Assembly: GCA_034670305.1 (NCBI GenBank)
Contig: JAXMNT010000037.1
Coordinates: 1 to 64,000 of the forward strand
Origin: Deltaproteobacteria bacterium
GTDB lineage: Bacteria > Myxococcota_A > Polyangia > Polyangiales > Houyiibacteriaceae
Direction of reading: 5' to 3'
Length of the DNA: 64,000 nt
This document shows positions 9,614 to 18,056 of the stretch, one piece after another. The position numbers and the translations under genes were made by a program. Below the pieces are notes generated by a model. The model was not told where the DNA came from. It searched no databases and saw only the letters and a list, made by a program, of their open reading frames with translations. How positions within the stretch are numbered: the stretch's first letter is position 1; each line of letters starts with the position of its first letter.

Positions 9614-10417
9614 ATGACCTCCGACACCGTCACGCTCTTTACCGACCGACCTGGCTTCACTCCACTCTGGCGTGATGCCCTCGAACGACATGGCTTCTCA
9701 GTGAAGGTCCATTCGTCCGACGAGGTCGGCACCTTCGCGCTCCGCAACCACGCGGTGGTCTTCGACGCCGCGACTCCTGCCTTCGACGACGACGAACTGC
9801 TCACCGTCGTGGGCTTCGCGCGTGCCGCCGGAGGGTTCCCGATCGTGCACGCCGAACGCGCGGTCGAAGACGTGGTCGAAGAGATCTGCCTTGGGCAGGT
9901 GTGTCGTTCTTCGGAGGACGTGGAGCGCGTCGCGGGTGCGATCGCGCGCCGACTCGATCCGGACCGGTCGCGCCGCTTCGAGTTCGTGACCGTTTCGCCG
10001 AGTGGCGACGTCCTCGCCATCCTCGGCGATGGGCACGCGACCTTGCTCAAGCGTCCCGTGACGGAGCTGGACGACAAGAGCGACGTCCTCACAATCGAAC
10101 TCTCCGACGACGCGTCGTCGGTGACCCTGGAGCTCGACAGCAAGGTGCGGTTCGAGCTGCACGCGGCCGCCTTCTCGGTTGGCGAGCGCACCACCACCGT
10201 GGACATTCCCATCGACGGCACCCGCCTCGGCGCACGCCTTCGACAGCTCCGGCTCGAAGCCGGCCTGACCCAGGCCGAGCTGGCCAAACGCACCGGCATC
10301 CACCGCCCCAACATCGCGCGCGTCGAAGCGGGCCGGCACACCCCGTCGCTGGAGACGCTCGCCCGATTGGCGAGCGCGATCGGCGTGCCGACCACCCGCG
10401 TGCTCTCCGAAGACTGA
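9614..10417 (+). CDS. XRE-family (HTH_3) transcriptional regulator with long N-terminal region
   Basis: C-terminal LGARLRQLRLEAGLTQAELAKRTGIHRPNIARVEAGRHTPSLETL; RBS GAGGGA before ATG 9614. Confidence 0.85.
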   Translation: MTSDTVTLFTDRPGFTPLWRDALERHGFSVKVHSSDEVGTFALRNHAVVFDAATPAFDDDELLTVVGFARAAGGFPIVHAERAVEDVVEEICLGQVCRSSEDVERVAGAIARRLDPDRSRRFEFVTVSPSGDVLAILGDGHATLLKRPVTELDDKSDVLTIELSDDASSVTLELDSKVRFELHAAAFSVGERTTTVDIPIDGTRLGARLRQLRLEAGLTQAELAKRTGIHRPNIARVEAGRHTPSLETLARLASAIGVPTTRVLSED

Positions 10418-11247
10418 TGGCCTCGGACCTCCGCGACGCGGCCACGGTCCTGACGCTGAGAGACGGCACCTCGAACGGTTCGTTCGAGGTGTTTCTCGTC
10501 CGTCGCCACGGCGGAAGCGGATTCATGGCGGGCGCACACGTCTTCCCAGGCGGTGTGGTGGATGAAGGCGACTCGGACCCGCGCTTGCTGGACCACGCCG
10601 AGGGTCGGACCCCCGCAGAGTGTGCGGCGTGCCTCGGCGAACCGGGCAACCCGAAGGCGGCGGCCTACTTCTTCGCGGCGATGCGCGAGACCTTCGAAGA
10701 AGCCGGTGTGCTCGTCGGCACGAGCGACGCACCACCGGACGATCACGCCCGAAGCGCACTCCAGAACGCGGAGCGTACGTTCGGCGACGTCGCGGTGCAG
10801 TTCGGGTTGAAGTTGCGGCTCGATGCACTGGTGCCGCAGGCACGCTGGATCACGCCGACGGTCGAGAAGCGGCGGTACGACACCCGGTTCTTCCTGGCGC
10901 GGTCCCCCGCGGGACAGATCGCCCGCCACGACGACATCGAGACCACTGCCGGGGATTGGTTCGAACCCCGCGCCGCCCTCGAAGCCGAGGGCCGTGGCGA
11001 GATCAAGCTGCCCCCGCCCACGCTGGTCTCACTCGAGTGGCTCGCCGGGTTCGACGACATCGACGGCGCCATGCAGGGCGCGGCGGCACGCACCCCGCCC
11101 GTGATCCAGCCCGAACCGCAGGCCGAGGGAAGCCGGATCGTCCTGGCGCTCCCGGGCGACCCGTTGCATTCGCTCGCCGAGCCGGCCTTCGAACACACCA
11201 CCCGCGTCGTCCTCGAAAATGGGCGCTGGTGGTCGAAGAAGACCTAG
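10417..11247 (+). CDS. NUDIX hydrolase (Nudt19-like)
   Basis: VFPGG.VD..D, AMRETFEEAGV, WITP....RRYDTRFF and LPPPT; TGATG overlap with the upstream gene. Confidence 0.9.
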   Translation: MASDLRDAATVLTLRDGTSNGSFEVFLVRRHGGSGFMAGAHVFPGGVVDEGDSDPRLLDHAEGRTPAECAACLGEPGNPKAAAYFFAAMRETFEEAGVLVGTSDAPPDDHARSALQNAERTFGDVAVQFGLKLRLDALVPQARWITPTVEKRRYDTRFFLARSPAGQIARHDDIETTAGDWFEPRAALEAEGRGEIKLPPPTLVSLEWLAGFDDIDGAMQGAAARTPPVIQPEPQAEGSRIVLALPGDPLHSLAEPAFEHTTRVVLENGRWWSKKT

Positions 11248-11392
11248 GCGCGCCGACCCCGACCCTGAGAGGGGAGCGCGCGCGGCTTGACCTGGTTCCG
11301 CAATGGGTTCAAAAAGCGGGCCCCGCTGGGCCAGGACGGTCGCAACGGTGCCGACTGCGGAAATCGCAGTGAAACTCCAGGAGTACGAAGAG

Positions 11393-12025
11393 ATGAACAA
11401 GCAGACGCTGCAGGCTGAGGTCCGCGATTCACGCGGAAAGGGGCCCGCTCGTCGGCTGCGCGCTCAGGGCAAGATTCCGGCCGTGTTCTACGGTCCGGGC
11501 ATCGAGCCGACGCCGCTGACGGTGGATCCCAAAGAACTCGAAGCGCACCTTCGAGGACCGCTGGGACGAAACACCCTCTTTGACCTGACCTACGACGGCA
11601 AGAGCGAACTGGCCATGGTCAAGGACCTCACCGTCACGACGGTCGATCGCGTGCTTCTGCATGTCGACTTCCTTCGAGTGAGTGCCGATGCGCCGGTCAA
11701 GGCCGAGGTCAAGATCACGACGACGGGCCGCGCCATCGGTGTGGTCAAGGGCGGCAAGCTCAACGTCACGCGCCGTGCGGTGCCCGTGCTCGCGAAGCCC
11801 GGCAGCATCCCGGCCAAGCTCGTCATCGACGTCACCGAGATCGACATGTTCGGCAGCCTCGCCGTGAAGGACCTGGTTCTTCCGGAAGGTGTGACGGTCA
11901 CGCTGAAGCCCGACCTCACGCTCGTCGCCGTGGTCGAAGATCGTCGCGCCATCAAGCTCGCCGAAGAAGAAGCCGAAGCAGCCGCCGCGCTCGCTGCAGG
12001 CGCGCCGCCTCCCAAACCCGCCTGA
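11393..12025 (+). CDS. rplY: 50S ribosomal protein L25/general stress protein Ctc
   Basis: GKGPARRLR..GKIPAVFYG, LLHVDF and G.AIGV.KGG; precedes pth. Confidence 0.95.
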   Translation: MNKQTLQAEVRDSRGKGPARRLRAQGKIPAVFYGPGIEPTPLTVDPKELEAHLRGPLGRNTLFDLTYDGKSELAMVKDLTVTTVDRVLLHVDFLRVSADAPVKAEVKITTTGRAIGVVKGGKLNVTRRAVPVLAKPGSIPAKLVIDVTEIDMFGSLAVKDLVLPEGVTVTLKPDLTLVAVVEDRRAIKLAEEEAEAAAALAAGAPPPKPA

Positions 12026-12037
12026 TAGGGCGGAGGA

Positions 12038-12682
12038 ATGCACCTCGTCGTTGGGCTCGGCAACCCCGGGTCCAAATACGCACAGAACCGACACAACGTC
12101 GGCTTCATGGTCGTCGAACGACTCGCGTCGCGGTGGGGGGCTCCCAGCGCGCGCGAGAAGTTCAGCGGGCTCGTCACGAAGGTCTCCGTCGGCGGCGACG
12201 ACGTCGTCTTGCTCCAGCCGCACACCTTCATGAACCTCTCGGGCGAGTCGGTTCAGAAGGCCATGCGCTTCTACAAGGTCGACCTCTCCGAGGTCATCGT
12301 CGTCCACGACGAACTCGACGTGCCGTTCGAAGAGCGCCGCATCAAGATCGGTGGCGGCGCAGCGGGGCACAACGGCCTGCGCAGCATCATCCAGATGTGC
12401 GGCGGACCGGATTTCGTTCGGGTGCGCTTTGGGATCGGCCGGCCGAAACACGGCTCGGGCGCCAGCTTCGTCCTCAGCGACTTCTCGGCCGATGAGCGCA
12501 TCACCTTGGACACCGCCATCGACGGCGCCGCCGACATGGTCGCGGCCATCGTAGACAAGGGCGCGCGGGGCGCGATGAATGCGCTGCACCGCAAACCCAA
12601 GAAGAAGAAGGCGAAGAAGCCGGCGAAAGGGGCGCCCTCAGACCCTGCTGAGGTCGACCCGCCCTCCGACGCCTCCGACTGA
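12038..12682 (+). CDS. pth: Peptidyl-tRNA hydrolase
   Basis: VVGLGNPG..Y..NRHNVGF, P.TFMNLSG, VVHDELD and GHNGLRS. Confidence 0.97.
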   Translation: MHLVVGLGNPGSKYAQNRHNVGFMVVERLASRWGAPSAREKFSGLVTKVSVGGDDVVLLQPHTFMNLSGESVQKAMRFYKVDLSEVIVVHDELDVPFEERRIKIGGGAAGHNGLRSIIQMCGGPDFVRVRFGIGRPKHGSGASFVLSDFSADERITLDTAIDGAADMVAAIVDKGARGAMNALHRKPKKKKAKKPAKGAPSDPAEVDPPSDASD

Positions 12683-12752
12683 CCCCGCCGAACGTCGCAT
12701 TGCGCCTCCCCGTGGCGCGCGCTAAATGGCCGGCCCCCGCAATTTCGCGGCT

Positions 12753-12797
12753 GTTCCTCGCTCCCACACACGTGTGGGGGCAATCCCAGGAGGGAAC
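12753..12797 (+). promoter_or_regulatory. Candidate S6:S18 autoregulatory leader RNA
   Basis: GTTCCT..GCTCCCACA-cacg-TGTGGGGGC-aat-CCC-AGGAGGGAAC: stem, unpaired CCC and a stem pairing with the SD, directly before rpsF. Confidence 0.5.
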
Positions 12798-12801
12798 GAC
12801 A

Positions 12802-13437
12802 TTGGCAGAACAAACACTCTCCACGCCCATCAAGCAATGGGCGCGTAGCTACGAGACCATCTACATCCTTCGTCCGAACATCGAACCGGAGGATGCGGAG
12901 AAGGTGGCGGCCCGCGTCACCGATGTGTTCGAGAAGATGGGCGGCAAGCTCACGAAGGTCGACTTGTGGGGCAAGCGCAAGCTCGCTTACCCGATCCGCA
13001 AGTACACCCGTGGCATCTTCATCTTCCTCGGCTACTCGGCCCACGGTGACCTCATCGCCGAGCTCGAGCGGAACCTGCGCCTCCTGGAGACGGTCATCCG
13101 TTTTCAGACCGTGGTGCTTCCCGGCGAGCTCGATCTCGAGACCGTGACCATCGACGCAGAAGAGACGGTGTTCACGCCGCTCGAAGACGACGAAGACGAA
13201 GAAGAAGAGCTGACGACCGCGCAGCGACTCGGCATGGAAGAGGCGCGACCGCGTCCCGCGCCGGTCGAAGCGAAGGAAGAAGGCGACGAGGCGAAGGCCG
13301 ACGACGCCGAAGCGAAGACCGAAGGCACCGAAGCGAAGGCCGATGACGCTGCCGCACCGAAGGCCGAGACCAAAGAGGGCGACGACGGCGAGACCGACGC
13401 GCCCGTGAAGAGCGACAAGGGAGGCGACGATGAGTGA
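12802..13437 (+). CDS. rpsF: 30S ribosomal protein S6 with long acidic C-terminal tail
   Basis: [26 protein letters not shown]...VIRF; TTG start after GGAGG. Confidence 0.93.
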   Translation: MAEQTLSTPIKQWARSYETIYILRPNIEPEDAEKVAARVTDVFEKMGGKLTKVDLWGKRKLAYPIRKYTRGIFIFLGYSAHGDLIAELERNLRLLETVIRFQTVVLPGELDLETVTIDAEETVFTPLEDDEDEEEELTTAQRLGMEEARPRPAPVEAKEEGDEAKADDAEAKTEGTEAKADDAAAPKAETKEGDDGETDAPVKSDKGGDDE

Positions 13438-13753
13438 TCACGACACGACGCACGACGACGACGACGACGAGGTCACCAAGGGCACTGTGATTCGCGAAGG
13501 GCGTTCCGACGCGGATCCCCTTGGCATTCGCCGCCGCCGTGGTGGACGCAAGAAGGCGCCGTCCTTCACCAAAGAGCCGGACTTCGTGTTCGACTACAAG
13601 GACCCGCAGCAGCTTCGTTACTTCATCAGCGAACGCGGCAAGATCGTGCCGCGCCGCATCAGCGGTCTGTCGGCGCGTCAGCAGCGTTCACTCACGACGG
13701 CTGTGAAGCGCGCGCGCAACATTGCGCTCCTGCCCTACACGGCGGTGAAGTAA
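13430..13753 (+). CDS. rpsR: 30S ribosomal protein S18
   Basis: DYKD...[33 protein letters not shown]. Confidence 0.96.
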   Translation: MSDHDTTHDDDDDEVTKGTVIREGRSDADPLGIRRRRGGRKKAPSFTKEPDFVFDYKDPQQLRYFISERGKIVPRRISGLSARQQRSLTTAVKRARNIALLPYTAVK

Positions 13754-14226
13754 TGGCCCGCCGCAACGTCACGGTCGTCCTCCGTCAGGATGTCAGCGGC
13801 CTCGGCACCACGGGCGAAGTCGTCAAGGTTCGTCCTGGCTTCGCACGCAACTTCCTCCTGCCGCGCAGCCTTGCGGTCATCGCCTCGCGGGAGAACGTCA
13901 AGCAGATCGAACACGAGAAGATGCAGGCCCGCATCCGCCTCGACCGCCTTCGCAAGGCAGCCGAGGAGCAGGCCGAGGTGTACCGTGGACTCCAGCTCCA
14001 CGTCGCCAAGCAGGTCGCGGATCCCGCGACCGGCAAGCTCTTCGGTTCGGTCACGATCGCCGACATCATGGAGGCACTCGAGGTGAAGGGCTTTGGAGAC
14101 GTTCCGCGTCGCCAGGTCGTGATGCCCGAGGACACCATCAAGGTGACCGGCTCCTACGAGATCCACATCCGCCTCGCCCAGGGCGTGCAGGTGCCGATCA
14201 AGCTCGAGGTCAAAACCGCCGCGTAA
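13753..14226 (+). CDS. rplI: 50S ribosomal protein L9
   Basis: LG..GEVVKV.PGFARNFLLP and GKLFGSVT..DI. Confidence 0.97.
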   Translation: MARRNVTVVLRQDVSGLGTTGEVVKVRPGFARNFLLPRSLAVIASRENVKQIEHEKMQARIRLDRLRKAAEEQAEVYRGLQLHVAKQVADPATGKLFGSVTIADIMEALEVKGFGDVPRRQVVMPEDTIKVTGSYEIHIRLAQGVQVPIKLEVKTAA

Positions 14227-14597
14227 GACGCGGCGGTGTAGGGCGCTTGCGCGCCCGAAACCTCACATGAAGAACGGCGTCTCCGGTTGGAGGCGCCGTT
14301 TTCCTTTCCGTCTGGGCGCCTTGGACGCGGCGGTGTAGGGCTTGCGCGCCCGAAACCTCACATGAAGAACGGCGTCTCCGGTTGGAGGCGCCGTTTTCCT
14401 TTCCGTCTGGGCGCCTTGGACGCGGCGGTGTAGGGCTTGCGCGCCCGAAACCTCACATGAAGAACGGCGTCTCCGGTTGGAGGCGCCGTTTTCTTTCCGT
14501 CTGGGCGCCTTGGACGCGGCGGTGTAGGGCGCTTGCGCGCCCGAAACCTCACATGAAAAACGGCGTCTCCGGTTGGAGGCGCCGTTTTCTTTCCGTC
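14227..14597. repeat. Tandem repeat of about 3.9 x 94-97 bp, each unit carrying an intrinsic-terminator-like hairpin
   Basis: Units start at 14227, 14324, 14419 and 14513; each contains AACGGCGTCTCC-ggtt-GGAGGCGCCGTT followed by TTC(C)TTT. Confidence 0.92.
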
Positions 14598-14621
14598 CGC
14601 CGTTGGTCTGACGGAAGGGAC

Positions 14622-16022
14622 TCAGCCGTCCTGGAAGTCGCTGGCGCCGTAGTAGTCGTCCTCGACCAGGTTGTCGAAACGGGTGTGTTCGTTGAAGAAC
14701 CGCACGCGGACCGTGCCGGTGGGGCCGGCGCGCTGCTTGCCGACGATGATCTCGGCGATGCCCTGGTCTTCGGTCTCCTTGTTGTAGACCTCGTCTCGGT
14801 AGACGAACCAGATCGTGTCCGCGTCCTGCTCGATGGCGCCGGACTCACGAAGGTCGGAGAGCATCGGGCGCTTGTCTTTGCCGGCGCGCGATTCGACGCC
14901 ACGGTTGAGCTGCGAGAGCGCGATGACCGGGATCTTGAGATCCTTCGCGAGCGCTTTGAGGTTTCGGCTGATCGCGCTGATCTCCTGTTCGCGTGAGTCG
15001 GTGCGGGTGCCGGCGCGCATGAGCTGGAGGTAGTCGACGATCAGCAAGCCGAGTCCGTGCTCTGCCTTGATGCGGCGCGCTTTGCTCCGCAGTTCGAGCA
15101 CAGTGATGGCCGGCGTGTCGTCGATCCAGATCGGGAGCTCGGTCAACACGCCGGCGGCGCTCGCGAGCCGGGTCCAGTCGTCGTTCACGAGCTGGCCCAC
15201 GCGCAGGCGCGTGCCATCGACGCGGCCCTCGGAAGCGAGCATACGTTTGACCAGCTGCTCCTTCGGCATCTCGAGCGAGAAGATGGCGACGGGCACGTGT
15301 TCGCCGTCGCGTTTGCCGAGCGCCGCGTTGACCCCAACGTTCACGGCGAACGCGGTCTTGCCCATGCCCGGACGGCCCGCGATGATGATGAGGTCGCCGG
15401 GGTGCATGCCGGCGGTCATCTTGTCGAGCTTCTTGAAGCCGGTGGGCAGACCCGAGATGGTGTCGCCGCGCGAGCCCATCGCTTCGATCTCTTCGAAGGT
15501 GCGCATGACGACGTCGCGCACGTGTTCGTAGGGGTTCGCTGCGTTCTGTTTGGCGATGCTGAAGATCGCCGACTCGGCTTCGTCGAGGAAGGTCTTGAAG
15601 TGCCCGTAGTCGCCGTAGCCCTTCGCAGTGATCTCGTTGCATGCGGTGATGAGCCGCCGCACCTGAGACTTCTCGAGGACGAGGCCGGCGTGGGCTTGGA
15701 TGTTCTCCACCGTCGGGATCGAGTCGCTGAGGGACAGCAGGTACTCGTCCCCGCCCACGGCCTGGAGCTTCTGAGACTGCACGAGCGCTTCGCGCAGGGT
15801 GACCTGGTCGACCGGCTGGTTGCGTTCGGCCAGGTCGCTCATCGCCAGAAAGATGATCGCGTTGGCTTCGCTGTAGAAGTCGTCGCGCGACAACATCTGG
15901 TGCACCGTCGCGAAGGCTTCGTTGGCGAGTAGGATACCGCCCAGGACGGCCCGCTCCGCATCGAGTGCGCTTGGGGGGACGCGGCGGGAAACCGCCCGCT
16001 CTTGGTAGTCGTCGTAGTCCAT
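14622..16022 (-). CDS. dnaB: Replicative DNA helicase
   Basis: PP...AERAVLG, GRPGMGKTAF, FSLEM, DYLQLM, ALSQLNR, SDLRESGAIEQDAD and KQRAGPTG; start ATG 16022 or TTG 16142. Confidence 0.97.
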   Translation of the reverse strand: MDYDDYQERAVSRRVPPSALDAERAVLGGILLANEAFATVHQMLSRDDFYSEANAIIFLAMSDLAERNQPVDQVTLREALVQSQKLQAVGGDEYLLSLSDSIPTVENIQAHAGLVLEKSQVRRLITACNEITAKGYGDYGHFKTFLDEAESAIFSIAKQNAANPYEHVRDVVMRTFEEIEAMGSRGDTISGLPTGFKKLDKMTAGMHPGDLIIIAGRPGMGKTAFAVNVGVNAALGKRDGEHVPVAIFSLEMPKEQLVKRMLASEGRVDGTRLRVGQLVNDDWTRLASAAGVLTELPIWIDDTPAITVLELRSKARRIKAEHGLGLLIVDYLQLMRAGTRTDSREQEISAISRNLKALAKDLKIPVIALSQLNRGVESRAGKDKRPMLSDLRESGAIEQDADTIWFVYRDEVYNKETEDQGIAEIIVGKQRAGPTGTVRVRFFNEHTRFDNLVEDDYYGASDFQDG

Positions 16023-16228
16023 GGGTGGTGGGTCCGGCAGCGGCGGCGCCGGACTGCGGAATGTACCAGGTCCATGCGACGCAGCGGCGCTCGTCGCCAC
16101 CCGACCGGTCCGCCCGAGGCGGGTGTCCGGAAGCTTCGACAACCGGCACTCTCTGCTATGCTCGCGGCCGCGCGGGGCCTGCCCGCGGACGGCGTCGGGG
16201 TGGCGCCGGGGTGAGGAGCTTCGTGGTG

Positions 16229-17896
16229 ATGAAACGACTTGGGATCGCGCTTGCGGCGTTTGGGTTGGGTGTGGCGTTCGCGCCGCCGGTGGCCAGTGCG
16301 GGTGGACTCGAATTCCCTGCCCCCGGCACCGTGTCTCTCGGCCGCGGCGGCGCGTCGTTCGCGCGACCGGGCGATCCGATGGCGCTTCTCTACAACCCGG
16401 CGAACCTCGCGGGCATGCAGGGCATCCAGCTCTCGCTCCAGACCCACCTCGCGTTCTACGACGCCTGCTTCCAGCGCGAAGGCACCTACCAGGAGTACTC
16501 CGCCGAACCGGGCATGGCGGACCGCAACAACGGCAACCGCATTCGACGCGTCGACGAGGACCCGACCTTCATCGAAGCGAGCGCGTTCAACGCGGCGGGC
16601 GCGTACCCGGATGGCCAGTTGCCCGAGGTGTGCAACTCCGGACCGCCCGGCATCGTGCCCGAACTCATCCTCACGTGGCGCGCCCACCGCAAGGTCGGCA
16701 TCGGCATCGGGTTCGTTGCACCGGCCGCAGTCGGGCACACCGTGTGGGGTGGCGACACGACCATCAACGACCGCACCTACCGCGGCACCGTCAACGGACT
16801 GCCCGCGCCGACCCGCTACGGCCTCGTCGAAGAACAGCTCATCGTCGCGTTCCCGACCATCGGCGTCGGCGTCAACGTGCACCCGCGCCTGCGCCTCGGC
16901 GTCGCGTTCGGCTCGGGCTTCGGCTTCTTCGACTTCACGAACGTGACACGCGCGGTGCAGGGCGAAGACTTCGCCGGGGACATCTTCACCGAGCTCTCGG
17001 CAAGCGACCCATTCATTCCGAAGATCACCGCTTCCGTGCATGCGATCCCGCACGACAACCTCGACATCTCGCTCACGTTCAGTTGGACCGACACGGTCCG
17101 CGCGGAGGGCGACCTCAAGCTCACCACCGGCTACTACCGCGAGACGCCCGTTGACGAACTCACCATCCGAGGCGCGACGCTGGAAGCGCCGCAGCCCTGG
17201 CAGATCGCGCTCGGCATCCGGTACGCCGACCGCATCAGCCCCCGCACCGACAACCCCGACCAGGTCGCGCAGCTCAGCCGCCGAGTCGAGGACCCGATGT
17301 CGAACGAACGTTTCGACATCGAACTGAACGTTGTCTACGAGCGCAACTCGGTCGTGAACGAGTTCGGGGTCACGATGCCTCAGTGCGACATGGCAGCCGG
17401 CTCCGTCTGTCAGACTCAGCCGGACGGAAGCTCCGCGTTCGTGGTCAACGCTGCCCCGTTCACCCCCGCGCCGATTCCGCCCGGTCTCACGCTCGCCCAC
17501 AACTGGCAGGACTCGCTCTCGGTTCGCCTCGGCGGCGACTACAACGTGATGCCCGGCCTCGCCGCGATTCGTCTCGGCTTCTCGTTCGAGTCCAAGGGCG
17601 TGGAAGACGGCTACGAGCAGCTCGACTTCATGCCGTTCATGCGCTTCGGCGCGCACATCGGACTCACGATGCGCCTTGGGTTCTTCGACATCTCGCTGGC
17701 CTACGCCCACATCCAGCAGGTCGAGACGACGGTGTCGGTTCAGGACGGCCAGATCACCCAGGTCCACGCCGAAGAGACCTTCGCCGATCTTCAGGACCGC
17801 GAGTCGGTGGCTGGCCACGGCACCATCATCAACGCGGGGCGCTACCGGTCGAACTTCGACGTGGTCTCGCTCGGCCTGACGTACCACTTCCGATGA
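16229..17896 (+). CDS. FadL/OmpP1-family outer membrane transport protein
   Basis: Signal peptide then GG.EF...G..SLGRGGA..A...DP.A..YNPA.L; W.D..S.RLG.DY; aromatic C-terminus TYHF; RBS GAGGAG. Confidence 0.8.
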   Translation: MKRLGIALAAFGLGVAFAPPVASAGGLEFPAPGTVSLGRGGASFARPGDPMALLYNPANLAGMQGIQLSLQTHLAFYDACFQREGTYQEYSAEPGMADRNNGNRIRRVDEDPTFIEASAFNAAGAYPDGQLPEVCNSGPPGIVPELILTWRAHRKVGIGIGFVAPAAVGHTVWGGDTTINDRTYRGTVNGLPAPTRYGLVEEQLIVAFPTIGVGVNVHPRLRLGVAFGSGFGFFDFTNVTRAVQGEDFAGDIFTELSASDPFIPKITASVHAIPHDNLDISLTFSWTDTVRAEGDLKLTTGYYRETPVDELTIRGATLEAPQPWQIALGIRYADRISPRTDNPDQVAQLSRRVEDPMSNERFDIELNVVYERNSVVNEFGVTMPQCDMAAGSVCQTQPDGSSAFVVNAAPFTPAPIPPGLTLAHNWQDSLSVRLGGDYNVMPGLAAIRLGFSFESKGVEDGYEQLDFMPFMRFGAHIGLTMRLGFFDISLAYAHIQQVETTVSVQDGQITQVHAEETFADLQDRESVAGHGTIINAGRYRSNFDVVSLGLTYHFR

Positions 17897-18056
17897 ACGA
17901 CGCGGGACGATCGGCGCGCCGCTCGTCTCGTGTCATGCGCATCGGTCGGGCGCGCCGCACCGGGTTTCGTGCAGCGTCTGTCTGGGCGCGCCTTCTTCTG
18001 TCGGACAGCTCGGGTGGTTCGGCACCTTGCACGACCCCTGAATCGGAGAGCCATTC

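Noticed and set aside
14227..14597. CRISPR array
   Set aside because: Units are near-identical over their whole length with no unique spacers, and there are no cas genes in the window.
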